Below are positions 12,005 to 25,024 of a stretch of 64,000 nucleotides of DNA, one piece after another. This stretch comes from Haplodiscus bocki (taxonomy: Eukaryota): positions 40,176,001 through 40,240,000 of the forward strand of contig OZ296657.1 in NCBI GenBank assembly GCA_965655095.1. The letters are read 5' to 3'. The position numbers and the translations under genes were made by a program. Positions within the stretch are counted from its first letter, which is position 1. Every line of letters begins with the position of its first letter. The notes under the pieces were generated by a model. The model saw only the letters and a program-made list of their open reading frames with translations. It had not been told where the DNA came from and did not search any database.

Positions 12005-13723
12005 TTAGAAAGACAGAAAAATTGATTCAACAGTGTTCCAAAACATATGCAACTGGTTCATAGGTATCCATAAGGCTCTCCTTGAAACAACCAGGCAAAA
12101 ACATTTTGTCCACAAAGAAGTCAGTTCGTGGAGCATCATTAGACGCACTGCCAGGGTTTTTTCCAAAGCATTTCCGGAAGCGGCACTGACGAGGATACTG
12201 CCCCAAAAACTGGTCGTTTCGCTTCTAGTATACATTCCTGCATCATGGGAACCGGAAAAAGAATCAACTGCTACAGGTGAGACGCCTTTAGGCCCAAACT
12301 CAGCAGGTCTGTCTTGATGCACGATGCCAGGTGTTAGTGTTTTCCACGGATCTTCTTGGTGCATGTCGAATTGGAAAAGTTCCTTTATTCGATCGGTACA
12401 TTTTTGTAAATGAGCTGCTGGGTGAGTTTGTCGGGTGATGGGGTGAACGAATTTGATCTGGCGTTCATAAAGTATAGGTAATCGATCGTCACACTGCTTC
12501 TTGGTATGAAGAGGCGCATGAACTAGTAGGCAGTGATAAAGTCAAACTAGGGTGCCATCTGTTTCAAGAAACATTGATAGGTTTCATGTTAGCATATAGC
12601 CTGAAAGATGGGGGTTCTCATAAGAAAACATCAAATTTGTAAGTATCTGGGTTTTTTCTTGCTCTTATTAATTTTTCAGAAGTTGTATTACAAAAGCCTG
12701 AAGTAGTCTTGGACTCTGAAAGAAAAATTTATCCAGTTTGGTTTCCGTATGCATCTTGTAGTCCAAAGCCTTATATATGTATATCTTCAATACTCGTTTT
12801 GTGAGACGTTTGGTTTGGTTTGGTTCGTATGCATACATTTGAGCAAAACCATTTTTCTTGAAGTGGGCTATACACTTTAAAAGTTGATTCGCACCATTTG
12901 TTCCCATGGTTCCTGCCAGATCTCAAGTCGAAGCCTACGCCAAAATTTGCTACATAGAGTGAAGCATAATTCGCCGGGTAAATATATGTTGGCTTTCCGA
13001 AGTCTTTTTGTGGGTTATTTATAACTGCGAATGCAAAATTGGTTGTTGCATAAGGTCCCTTGATTCACCATGTTGAGATCTTTGGCTCAGAAAGTTTGAC
13101 AAAACACCGTTGTCGGGGTTGTGCCATATAAAGGCAAGACGGTCCAATGAGGTCTCACAACCTTCTTGAGCTGAATCGGATAAAATTTTCCAGTGGACAT
13201 TCTAATCTTGAGAGTCGTTCTGTGCATGGAACGGAGGTGTGTATCGCGGGTAATCCCAGCTATTCCGCCAGGGTTTATCATGTCGTCGTTTATGGGACCA
13301 TCCATTGTTATAAAGGGATCTTTTGTACACTATTTAACTCCCAAAAGTTGATAAGCCAAAGAGATCATCTTTCCTTTTGTAAGAAAGCGGCCTCGTTTGA
13401 GTGTGATCACTCAGTAACTAGTAAATTCAGCAATGGTGTGTTCAATACTACTGTGTTCATTATGTCTACAATGCCATTTTCTCGCTGACGCTGTATTCGA
13501 TGTTTTGTTGCAAGCAATTTTTTTGGAAAAGCTTTGTCTGGAGCATATTTTTGGTCCGACTGATTTCAAGTCCTCGAGGTGTAATGTTGCCTTGTCGTAC
13601 CTGGTTGAGAGCATAGGGAGTGTTTTCCGTCCTTGCGCCGCAGTCATTTTGAGACAATTTAAGATTACTTGCCACCTGGTCTTCGCCTGGAACTAAAATT
13701 TGAGCAACCTCGGAACGCATCAC
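12005..13723 (-). pseudogene. Envelope-like class III fusion glycoprotein remnant (chuvirus G / herpes gB-like)
   Basis: Colinear Cys-containing fragments: QNDCGARTENTPYALNQVRQ (like the AYDC start), KWHCRHNEHSSI, LDYKMHTETKLDKFFFQ, and at ~12420-12580 SMFLETDGTLV*LYHCLLVH...QCDDRLPILYERQIKFVHPITRQT. The last resembles the C-x-x-x-L-P-V...F-x-x-P-x-T-R motif of chuvirus/gB-like env proteins. It lies downstream of integrase in the env position. Recognised by eye. Confidence 0.6.
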
Positions 13724-14099
13724 GATGATTTAAAGAAAAAACAAAATTGCCAAATTTTTTAGTGGAAGTTCAAGTTGTTGGCGTTTCCTCAGAGAAAAAA
13801 CCATTAAGGTAAAAGAAAATAGCGTCTTCACGGGATTTCCCAGTGAATTTCTCTCGGTTTTCTCAGACGCAAAGCTATCGAAAAATGCCCTGAAATCAAA
13901 CCACCTGTGCTTTGTTGGCAATAACACAAAATCGGACCTAAAAATTTATAGTAAAAGCACCACTACTGTAAAAATGACTTCGGGACTTTTATAAAGGTTA
14001 CCGAATTAGCACCAATATCCCTAAAAGGTACAAAAAATGAAACTTGAAACTGACTCACCTCTACCATTGAAATTGTTTAAAGGTAGCTCGTTTTGATTC

Positions 14100-16500
14100 T
14101 TCAGTCCTGCTGCCTGTCCGTCCGGAGCTGATGGTTGACAACGGCGGATAAGTTCGCTAACTAAATGTCTTCTAAGCGGATGAGTGTTTTACAAGTGGGG
14201 AAAATTGATCAATTTTTTCAACGCAGATAGCAGGTTCAATAACTCTTCACTCCCTGGCTTAATTGGTGTTTTCAAGGTTCCGGATCTAAGCTGTCCGAAG
14301 CTTAGAATCAGTAATATAAGGGAGTCAAGCACGTCGATCCAGTCCATTTTTATGGTTTCTAAGCTCTTTCTCGTTGCAAGGAGCTGCCAAAGACACTTGA
14401 TATTGAGTTCAATTGTCGAAAAAGTCGGCAACAGCGTGCAGGATGTTGATGTATGACACCTCATCAAGTCTCCTAGGGTTCCTGTCCATTACATCCAAAA
14501 GATCGTCCAAGCTTCGGTGTTCCCGTTTGTCCAGTGTTCTGGAGATTATCAAGGTCACGAAAAGGTTGGCAAACTCTTCTGTTTGGACTGATATGCGAAT
14601 GAGGATTATCGCGAGTAGATTCTAAACAACTTGAAGTATAAATTTTAGTGGACATGCGTCATGAATCCACAGATAATAGTTATGAAATGTTCTCCTTCGA
14701 GTGAAATTAGTGTCTACTTGAGGCGAATGTCAGCTCTCAGGGGTCTTTGAATATCACCAGTTCGGTTTAGAGTATTTTATACTGAGTTCGTTCGTGTTGT
14801 AACATAGGTCGATTGATTGGTTTGAAACACAATCACGGTTCTGTTTGGAGGAGCGTTCATAATAAAGCTTTCAATGGCAGCAACGTTTGTTGACTCTGGA
14901 GGACAGGAGAAGAGTTTTATTCAAATTTCGAGCTTCTCCGTACCATTTTCGTAACGTTTAGTTGTTAGATTGTACGTTGGGCAATTGATGATATAAAATT
15001 TGTCATACATTTCCAACAACATAGTTGTCATATGGAAATTTCTGTCCTGACTCTTGATAGCCACCGGGTAGGTAAATTTTGATGAGGGTTTTGATGAATG
15101 AGTAGTGAGAAGATCCAGGGTGCAGGTGAAGGTTGATATTTTGTCGTCGCTGGTCGACTTAGTGACAACTTTGTACTTTCTGTCGTGTTATTGAAAATCA
15201 GGCTCACATTGATCTGGTCTTGATCGTCAATGTTGACATGGGTAACTTTCATCTGATTGAAATAGTCCTTAAATCCACAAAAATTGTCACTCAGACCATA
15301 GATATCTGACGGAAGAAGGTTTCGTCACTGATAGTGGTTAGGCAACACTTGTACATCTCTTCCATTCCTGTTTCAATTTCAGTATGTTACGGAACAGTTA
15401 TTCAATCGGACGCCATTTCAATTCGTTTAATTGCTTTCATTTTTCTGACATCAAAACTGATAACAGCTGTAGTTGCTTGCCAAGTCTGGTGATTTTATGG
15501 AGTTTTTTAGCCCTCGGGCTCTTCCGTCGGCCATCGGGGACTTTTCATCTCTTGGCAGTCTTTTCACACCGTTTTGTGCCTGTCTGTGTGGTAAGATCTT
15601 GGGGTCACACAAAAAAAAGAACGACAAAAAGAGATACAAAGTGCTTAAGAGAGTAACTTGACTCGTCGGAAAAGAATGCAGTGAGCGAAGAGTCGAATGA
15701 TTTGATTGATTCTTTTTCAGATTCATAAACAAAGTAGTCGGAAATGTGTGATGGAAAACAGATAGGGAGGTAAGAAATTAGTTCGTCCAGGAGAAGGTTG
15801 GAACAAAAAAGAGAATGGTGGCAAGAACGCTCGTGAAGACTTGCTGTTGCCAGTAGGAACTTTTGGATTACATTTGTTGGTGAGATCCATTTTGAACGTC
15901 TTTGGTGACATTGATCTGACGCACACTGCAACAATGTGGGTAGCGAAACTCCAGAAACCTTAGTAGGAAGCGCCGAGAACAAATTCAAGGGACACCATTC
16001 AGTTGAGACCTACCACGTGGAATTGGGGTAGATTTTGTGACAATTGGTCATAGTGTTTTGGAAGAAAAAGCGTAAAAACTGTAGAATAGAACCGATGAGT
16101 TCCAAAATTTAGGTCATTTTTGCAGAAAATGAAGATAAAAAGATCCATAAGATGAAGTTTGAAAGTTTTTAACTGTGCCGAGTACGAGTGCAAAGCACAT
16201 ACTGTGGCTCAGGATAATCGTGCTGGAACGATTCTAATTTGTTTCGTTGGTCCGGGTTTTCCGACTGCTGTTGGTGAAAATTTGAATTGAATAACGATTG
16301 GCTAGGTGATTTTGAGAGGGGTTCCCTTGGCGATTTTGATGGTTTGAATTAAGGCTGAGGACATGCGAATCATTGGGCGTTAATGGCATTGCTGGTGAAA
16401 GAGCTTGAAAAAAATTGACTCGGGAATCACCGCTAGTGTTGCAATCGATTACTTGGAGCTGCAGTAGCAAGAGGACGTAAAGGTTCCGCAGCAAAGAAAA
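14100..16500 (-). pseudogene. Decayed extra ORF downstream of integrase, with a signal-peptide-like start; function unknown
   Basis: 16234..16494 begins (L)LRNLYVLLLLQLQVIDC (hydrophobic leader). Further minus-strand fragments (15999-16193, 15028-15252 with NVS/NNT sequons, 14189-14467) are co-oriented. Confidence 0.4.
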
Positions 16501-16849
16501 GAATCCTACAGACCAGGTTGCTCGGGGTTGTTAAACTTCTGATTTCGTTGTTCCATAATTTTCTTATAGAAATTGTCATGTCATCTATGCATGGGTATAC
16601 ATATTTTTCAAGCATTGAGTTCAAGCATGGGTATAGATTTTTTTCATGCATTGAAAAGTTTTTTTCTCTGGGGTTATATCCTATCAAATGACATCGGTTC
16701 ACATTCCTGGTAATCTCAGAGTCGTTGTCATCTTGTATCTCATGGTTTGTGCCTGTGCCACATTTAGTTGCTAAAAACGGTCCAAGTTGTCATTGCTGAA
16801 GTTTGGGATTTTTGGGAGAGATCTTCAAGGTGAATTTCATTGAGAATTT

Positions 16850-18600
16850 TCTGGCCTACGTCGAGGTGTTGTCCCAATTTAAATCAATTCGTGTAATTGT
16901 GTGACCTAGCGGCACTACATTTTTCGAATATGGCTGAGTTTTTCGGGTTGAAATCTCGTTCGCTTTCTAGAACGGATTGAGAAAGTTGAGGTCGTAGTAG
17001 GCTATCCAGTTGCTGGTTTTCCAAATTATTCTCACTATGAGAGTGGGGTCTCACGTATTTGCAAAAGTCAGAGTCTATGTTTATTGCCATGGTATTCAAG
17101 CTTTAAAAACATTACGAATCGAGGCTTTGTGCCAAAGAAGATCTCGTGGGGTATTTTTTCAGTGGTGTAACTAGCAATTTTTATGCGAGCAAAAATAAAG
17201 TTCAGTGCCAGTGAAGACCAATTGTTTCCAGTGTCTTTCGAGAAATTTCGCCTATAACGGGCAATGTGTTGGTTCTGTGTTTGAGTCTTACCATTAGTCT
17301 GACACGAGTATGCTGTTTGGGGCCCTAAGGTGATCCGTTTCCTTAGTCCAGTTGATGAAGTCGGTTTTGATGAAAACGGTGCCCCTGTCATGTACAATAC
17401 GCTCAAGAAATCCGGAAGAATGAATCCAATTCTCGACAACGGGGATTGTAACGTGATCACCAGTATAACTTACTGGGTATACCATCAAGAAGCCACAAAA
17501 TGCATCAACTACTAAAAAACAACGAAGATTCCGATCACTTGGTGGATGACGAGGTCTTATTGATCTATATGGATTTAGCACAGAATAGAGCAGTTTCGTT
17601 TTGCCGTTTTTCCCATGGAACATTAATCTGGTGTCTCGGTTTGGGTTTGTTATTTAAACAAGTAGGACAATCAGCAGTGAAACCACAGATCCAGCCAAAC
17701 ATACCAGGCCAGTGGTAGGATCGTTTTGTACTGTTGTAAGTTTTTGGAGCACCCATTTGTCCATTCATTTCATTGTAGTGTCCAAGGTTGAAACAAGCTA
17801 AAACAAAGTAATAGTGGTAGGCAAATTCATAGGTTGTCATCTTCCAGTTTGTCGGAGAGTTCATTGTAACATAACATTTCTCCTTCTTCTCCAATCAAGA
17901 GGCGATCGAATTCATGGTAAGACCTGAGAAGTCTCTTCGACTGCTGAATCCGGCGTGGTTTCCTATCGAGTAAGACTCCTTTTGGCAGCCAAGATCGCAC
18001 AGTGCCAAGAACTGGGTCTTCAATTTGTTCGGTTACGGTTGTGGAAACATCAAGGTCATTTCTTTTGGCAGCATCGTCTAGTTTCTTCATTAAAGCTTTG
18101 GTATCCAAGTGCGGGGTTTCTGTAGCTGAAAGCGTTTTTCTCATTGGGGACGCATCAGTCTTCCCTAGGACAGCATCATGGGTTGCTTTGGCTTCACGCA
18201 GTCGATAATTGTCAGCATTTAAGTTTATTTCCCATCGCATATGATCTTTTCGTTCTCGTCATCATTAATTCGAGCGGCGTCGTCCATGAGTTCGTCCCCA
18301 GTGTGTTTTCGTCTACGTCAGTGTTCAGCGAATGGATTGAACTGTATTGAACCGTAAGTAGGTTCGGAGTCTTCGTTTAAGCCTAAAGGTGGCGATGAAG
18401 GTGAACACAAACGTTGGAAGTGATTGATTGTCCTGACCATTCGGAACCAGTCGGCTGCGGATTTTATTTTTGTTACTGGAAACCCGTTTTTGTGACTATT
18501 CTTGTGAAGTTTTTGCCATCATTATTCAATCGAAGGTTTTTTTGGGCGTTTCCTTGTTGGCAATGAATCGGATAGAAGTGGATGAAAGTGTCATTAGGAT
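16850..18600 (-). pseudogene. Ty3/Gypsy pol remnant: integrase zinc-binding and DDE core
   Basis: EQIEDPVLGTVRSWL (pre-integrase); GHYNEMNGQMGAPKTY...YHWPGM...CPTCLNNK (decayed HHCC); FLVVDAFCGFLMVYP; IVHDRGTVF; NGKTQTQNQHIARY; PHEIFFG. Split by frameshifts; no RT/RNase H visible. Confidence 0.9.
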
Positions 18601-20767
18601 TGTCATCGTGTTGGATTCGGTAGATTATTGGGGAACCATGTTCATCGTAGAACTCTATGTCTCGTGGTAACTTTTTGTAATAGAGCTATTGTTTTTGGTT
18701 TTCTTCCACTGTTACATTCATACGAAGGATGTCCGGGAAAGCAAGATTTGATCCTGGGGTCCAAACTAATTTTCAAATTTCTGAAACTTCGTTATAAGCA
18801 ATTGGTGTCTGATCCTTACAAGCAATTGGTGTCTGAAGAAGCGATGTGATAGTTGTCCTATACGTCCCCACAGGTGAAGAATTGGTTTATAATCACAATC
18901 CAGTTAGATCGGTAACGGAAAATCAATGATTTGAAGTTCAATGGTTTGTGGAGCGCAGACAATTTCGCAGAGTTTTCTGTGGAGGGTAGCTATTATTCTG
19001 CTCAGCTTTGTCAAATATCTTGGAGTTGAAAAAAAATATTCGCTCTTCTTCAGGGAACTGTTTCTGATCCAAGCTTGAGTTAGTAAGTAATTTTATCCAA
19101 GACTCAACATCATTGCACTTTGGTAATACCACCCAGCGAGTTCTTTTTTTGGGCATTTTGCATATTGCTCTTCTTCAGAGAGTTTTTATTCAGAACCATT
19201 TCCGTTGCACGCTTTTCAGACATTATTTACCCGATCTAAGATAATAAAAGTTTCATCTATAGAGTTGTACTCTTCTAGGGTGAGATACTTTAGATACTAA
19301 CGATTTGTTTTATTCAAAATAATGGGTACTGGGTTGTAGTTGGTGGGTTTTTGCGATTGCGATTTTCTTTTTAAGAGATCGGAATATTCCAAGTTCACAG
19401 TCTTCTCCTCAATTCATTCTTGCCAGCCACTTTTCATACGAGGTACTTATTCCCTAACCGTTGTACCAAATTTGATATTTTCAATTTGAAAAGTTTCCAA
19501 TTTGACGAATCCCCACAGACGTAGATTGGTCATCGGCCGGACGTAAAAAAATCAAAACACTATAGATGAGTGTTACTATTTTTGTCAAATTATGTTTTTG
19601 GTGTTTTTGTCAACTTCGGTGTTTCTGAGAAATGAGATTTAGAACGAGAGAGCTTCATAAAAACATTCGGCATTCATAATTTTGAATAATGGTCGGACGT
19701 TTCGGGAAATATGGAAAGGGGTATAATGAAAATTTTGGTTTTGGTGTTTTCAATAAAATGTTCCCTTAGGAACAGCGTATTGAATATTTTAGGTGTTGAG
19801 GCTTTGTATCTGGCGATTAACGTCGTAGTGCTACCCTTTTGTGTCTTAAACAACTTTAGCTCGTGAAACATTTCGCTTAGTAAAGGGCGGTATCACGATT
19901 TCAATTGGAAAATTTAGGTCTCATTACCGGATAACTTTGAGGAACGCTTTGGTGTTTCGCTAAACTTGTCCTTCCCCAGCAGAACGTTGTAAGAAATGAA
20001 TTTACTGAAGAGTGGAAAACACGAAAAGAACTCTGGATCGATATAAAACTAGAAAAAGCATTTTCCAAAAAAAATCACTGTAATAGTCGGACAGTTTTTG
20101 TTACAAAAAATGCCGAGTAAAAACTAATCTTCTTTAAATTTTCCGGCCACCTCACTACTTAGCGTATCCTACCGAACCCTTGAAGTCAACTTAAAATACG
20201 TTCAACATTTTGAAACAATTTGTAATTCCAGGCAATCCCACAGCCAGGCTTGCCCACAACCTTGTCCGAATAATTCCATGGAAAGTATTAAAAAGCTCCT
20301 CCAAGAATACTTCGCTTGACACTTCCACCACTGAGCACTTCTCCTCGATTTCTGTACCTAAGTTGCAATATTGTATGTTTCAAGATTTTTTAAATCCCTT
20401 CGTTACTGCAGCTTGTGAAGACACATGCCTTTGCCCACATACTACCCCGAAGTAACGCTGAAAACCTTTAACCTCCTTAACTTCCTCGCCCAAGCCCCTA
20501 ATAATATTAATCCGAAAAATCTTTCAGGGGGATTATGAATTTTTTTTTATTCGCGCGATCTCCCGGCTCCATGCTCGTCCAATGCGTCCCCCTTTACCCC
20601 TAATCCATTTTCCCGCAAATAGAGGTGAAAGTACTCGAAAGTTGTTGAGGTTAATTCATAATTTTGTTGAATTTGCGCAATCTCACAGCCACAGTGATTT
20701 CTCATAGTGTCGTTCCTGTCCTCCAATGCAAGTTTTTTGCGTTTTGAACAACAAACTCAAATTCTTT

Positions 20768-20883
20768 TGAAAAATGTTTATGCACTGTATTTGATGAAAA
20801 ATGTTTATGCACTGTATTTGATGAAAAATGTTTATGCACTGTATTTGATGAAAAATGTTTATGCACTGTATTTATGAAAAATG
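20768..20883 (+). repeat. 27-bp tandem repeat, ~4.3 copies
   Basis: Unit TGAAAAATGTTTATGCACTGTATTTGA starting at 20768, 20795, 20822 and 20849. Confidence 0.95.
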
Positions 20884-22231
20884 CTCAAATACACATTAAG
20901 CGAGGTATCAAAATATCGTACGAAAATTGCGTTCAAACCAAAAAATTACAAACCGAGTAACCTTATAAATACCCCTAAATTTTTTTCAAAAAATTCTAAA
21001 AATTGTAAGAATTTTGCCCCATCTATTCAGGAGACGGTTTGGAACCTTGGTAACCTCACTTGGCAGCAGCAAAATTGAAAGAAATTTTGATTGATTGAAA
21101 CATTGACTCAGATGCATGTTATATAATATCAATTGAAGCTCTCGGAAACTTTACACTTCTGCGGGTCAATTAATTTTGTCTCCTCCTAAGTAGCGTTTTT
21201 CATTGATTTTCGCGATTTTGATATTCTATAATTAGCTTGCGGCGACGTTTTCGAAAGTAGTGGTTTAGCCATTAACGAACAAAACTAGTAATGATAAAAC
21301 CTTAATTCCTATATGATTGTGTCACCAGGAAGAAAGGTTTGACATCGCTCTTTCTGAAATCGCTGAAGTTAAGTTTAATTATAAATCACTCTCGAAATGA
21401 CGCGACTTTCCTCAATAGAAAATGAAAGGGCGCAAACATTTCCACAGAACATATCCCGCCAATGGGGAGAACGAAGTGAGCGCTGTCCGTTAACCCTAAA
21501 AAATTTTTCTTACAGGGACTATTTGTTAACTAAAATTGAAAATTTGGAACTTTCAGAAGGTTAAGTTGTGGAATAAACTTGTATGTGACTGCTCCTTATG
21601 ACTCGGGGCCTAAATGGCAAAAAAATTCTGCAAAACACTAACTTTGAGGGATATGAAATCAGCAGGCACATCAATTTCTGCAGTTTCGACAGAGAAGTGG
21701 GTCAAGAAGTGTGATGAGTGTGTGATCTAATCTACTGACGTCATGTCTGTAACTATTTTTAGTTAGAACATCAGAGGGCTTATCCCGCATTTTGCATATC
21801 GTCATCATTACATCATTTCGAAGATAGCAACAAAATAAACATCAAAGGAGGAGACGCCGAAAAATGATGACAATCAAAATATGGATACGAAAATGTGGAT
21901 AAATACTGAAGATCAAGAAAAGCATGTTTGCATGTAGGACTTACATCATGGAAATCCTGTTTCAAGGGTTTAATATGTCTTGGTGACTATGGTTGAAGTA
22001 AAAGGGGTGTAGCTGCTCATACATGAAAGGGGAAATATAAATATTACATTATATTTTCAGGCTTCTTTATGTGGTCAATTTGTCGTTATATTATATTAAA
22101 TACGACAAAAATGTTGTTATTAGGCTTCATGCACAGGTTTGGCTTCAATTTAATGCATTGTGGTCAAAAGATAGGCATTATGACTGTCTTTTGAACAAAT
22201 AATAATTTTCACTGGGAATTCGCTAGTAGAG

Positions 22232-22431
22232 NNNNNNNNNNNNNNNNNNNNNNNNNNNNNNNNNNNNNNNNNNNNNNNNNNNNNNNNNNNNNNNNNNNNN
22301 NNNNNNNNNNNNNNNNNNNNNNNNNNNNNNNNNNNNNNNNNNNNNNNNNNNNNNNNNNNNNNNNNNNNNNNNNNNNNNNNNNNNNNNNNNNNNNNNNNNN
22401 NNNNNNNNNNNNNNNNNNNNNNNNNNNNNNN
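22232..22431. other. Assembly gap (200 N)
   Basis: Run of N. Confidence 1.
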
Positions 22432-22541
22432 AAGAAGGCTCATCCATCACGCGAAGCCATTCGCTTGTTGGAAAGTTGGTTTGGGTTCTGCGACACTCAA
22501 GTTGTCAAATTTAGGCACTTCGTCCTGCCCCGATTTGCTTG
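22432..22541 (+). CDS. Candidate N-terminal exon of the DEG/ENaC gene (start hidden in or before the gap)
   Basis: Open frame KKAHPSREAIRLLESWFGFCDTQVVKFRHFVLPRFA ending TG|GTGAGG. This phase-2 donor fits the phase-2 acceptor at 33581 (TG+G=Trp, giving ...RFAWKMLW), and the spacing to the TM1 Trp matches the DEG/ENaC pre-TM1 region. Confidence 0.5.
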
Positions 22542-23003
22542 GTGAGGAATATAAAAGACAGAAATTTTGAAAATACCCCACAAATAACACTTAGAAGGCG
22601 TTGCGGACAAAAAACGATGATAGGGACCAAAATTGTATCTAATTGATAGGTTGTCAGACAACTGAAAATTATTTGATGAAATTTCTTGTGAAATCGAAAA
22701 CTAAAATGAGTATATAGATAAAATTACACCTAACGATGAACGAAGAGTTAAGAGTAAAGTATCAGGCCACAAAAAGATATAAAATCGTAGCATATTTCGA
22801 TTTTTTTGCTGTCACTAACAAATAGGTGGTATCTCAAAACGGGTCCATAAAAACACATTTTCTTGTATCCACTGTTGGGTAATCCAGGATTGTTAAAACT
22901 AGATTATGCTCTGCTCTTCTGAATTGAATTGTAAGGTTGGATTATGCTATGTGTCTTTGAAATTTTCTTTTTAACGCTGTGAGACGAGGGTTAGAGGCCG
23001 TTT

Positions 23004-23130
23004 GGTGCCTCAGTAGTGTCTGTACCGTACATTTAGTGCCTCGGTGGCAACTGTACCCTAGACTAGTGCCTCAGCGGTGACTCTACTGTTGATTTGTTAG
23101 AGTTAGTGCCCTAACGGTGACTCAACTATG
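23004..23130 (+). repeat. Degenerate ~30-40-bp tandem repeat, 4 units
   Basis: Core (TA)GTGCC(T/C)...GTG...ACT at ~23004, 23034, 23064 and 23104. Confidence 0.65.
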
Positions 23131-25024
23131 GATATCAAAAGGGAATTGTCACTCCAAGTACCTTGGAGAACTGTGGTTGTTATGATTAATCCACTTCTTC
23201 TCTCATGAATTCGTTGATTGCATTCCCTTCAAGTTTTTCCTTGCGAGAACGTTTTGTCTTTATACACCCTCCTGATCTGGTTTGTTTATTGACTCTGGAA
23301 ATATATCAATTGTTTTGAATATTTTCTGGTCTTGGAAATGTTCTATTCAATGTTTATGTAATGTTCAGCGTGATTGTTTTTTTCTAGTACTTCTGTGAAA
23401 TCTTGAGTTTTGAAATGAGTTCTCAGAATAGACCACTTTATTCAACAGTCAAGAGCTACAAGACAACCTTATAATCACGAATCAAGATAAAACAGCATTT
23501 CTTAGCGCGTCTTACCCCCGCTGCCCCTGAATTATTAATCTAGATTTTTCTTTTGGAGTTAAAAATTTTTCATGGATACTCTGCCGATCCTCTGTTTCGT
23601 GGTGATGAATGGTACACGGTATTATTATCCAAAGACTGGTCGAGAAAAAAAACTGATCTGTACTTCGATTTTTATTGTGAGACTTTTATAGTAAACTACT
23701 TTTCAAATTTCTGCAAAATGCAAAAACACATTCCTCTCTAAAGGACAAACATTAGTTTACGAAAAATCGGAAAAACATTCATATCTGTACATACCGATTA
23801 TCAATCATCAGAATTGATACCTTCTTCGGAGTCTCAAGGTGTGAAAATAACAACTTTAGGTTCAGATTACGAAAGTTTTTACACATTTATTTGACGGTGA
23901 ATATGCAACTTTCACTTTGTTCGTTGAAGTAGTTTGATCATTTCAGATGGTTGACAACTGGGATGACAATTTTGAAGATGCTTTGATGTCTCGTCTACTA
24001 TTATCAGTCATTTTCAAAGCTCAAAATTTTTCACCGTGAACGTCTTTTCCGGGTTACCGAATACTAGGTGACTCAAAAGAGGCGATACATGCTCAATTTT
24101 TGGATCTCAAAATAGCTGTTGTTTGAAAAGAAGACGCCGGAGCTTTCTCCCATGGTGCTCTATCATTTTTGTCGATCAACAGAACCGTTATCTCTATTGA
24201 TTAACAAAGTTCAAAAGTGGCCATTTTAGGTTCGGACTCTCAGAGCTCCTTCACTTTGAAGCTGGAAATAAGTGTCATAATTTCCGATATGTGACAACTC
24301 AGATAAGTAGTGTTTGAAGCATTCTGTTGCCTTGTTTATTAATATTAGCAATATTTACATTTTGAGAGCTAAAAACTTACACACAAGTTTTTTGCTTTTT
24401 TTGGGTCACCCATAAAAAATAGGTTTGCATAAATGTTTTCGAAATTTGAATTTAAAGGATATTTGTCAACAGACTGCCAATTTCAAATCTCATTTGTTAA
24501 TCATGGGAGTTGATGATACGCGCTTAAGAACTCAACTTGAAAACTGCAACCTTTTTGATCAAGAAATTGAAATAATTTTGATATTCTGAAATCTGAACAT
24601 CTAAAACGGCATTTTTCCGTCCCGTTCTGATACTGGATGGGTGCCCCAAAAAACTTTTCATGTAAATTTTTCGAACTCTCAAAGCGGATGATACTAGTAA
24701 ACAAAACATCAGAACAACTTTCCAAATCACAAGCTGGATGATTGACAGTCGAAATAGGGCCACTTGAAAGTTTTTCGTACACATTGTTTACAAATATCAG
24801 CTGATAGAGAAATTGAACAATTTTAGACGGACCATTTTTGGGTTACTTAGTGTAGTACTAAGTTTAATTGAGCAAGCTCCCAGCCAGAAATGTGATTTTT
24901 CACATCGAAATCTTAAATACTAAAATGTTTGGAAAATTATTTGAGGATTTGATATGACTACAAAGTTTTTCATTTGATCAAAACCGCATCAAAATTTGAA
25001 GATTTTGAGATTTCAGAAAGTTTC

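Larger units (their letters stand above)
7394..19500 (-). mobile_element. Composite decayed env-bearing Gypsy (ERV-like) element: PBS-like site, gag remnant, integrase, extra ORF, env, TRAF-like gene, LTR
   Basis: All recognisable remnants are co-oriented on the minus strand in retroviral order. Degenerate PBS-like TGGTACAACGGTTAGG at ~19454-19469 (minus). That these form one element is inferred. Confidence 0.55.

Noticed and set aside
20150-20600. Possible LINE C-terminal fragment on the minus strand
   Set aside because: Only a vague RYFG resemblance to the YLG motif; insufficient
20768-20883. CRISPR-like periodicity
   Set aside because: Head-to-tail 27-mers without spacers; eukaryotic context, no cas genes
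22150-22450. ORFs spanning X residues
   Set aside because: Artefacts of the N gap
23004-23130. Repeat-spacer-like array
   Set aside because: Repeats are degenerate and the intervening parts are short and related; an ordinary decayed minisatellite
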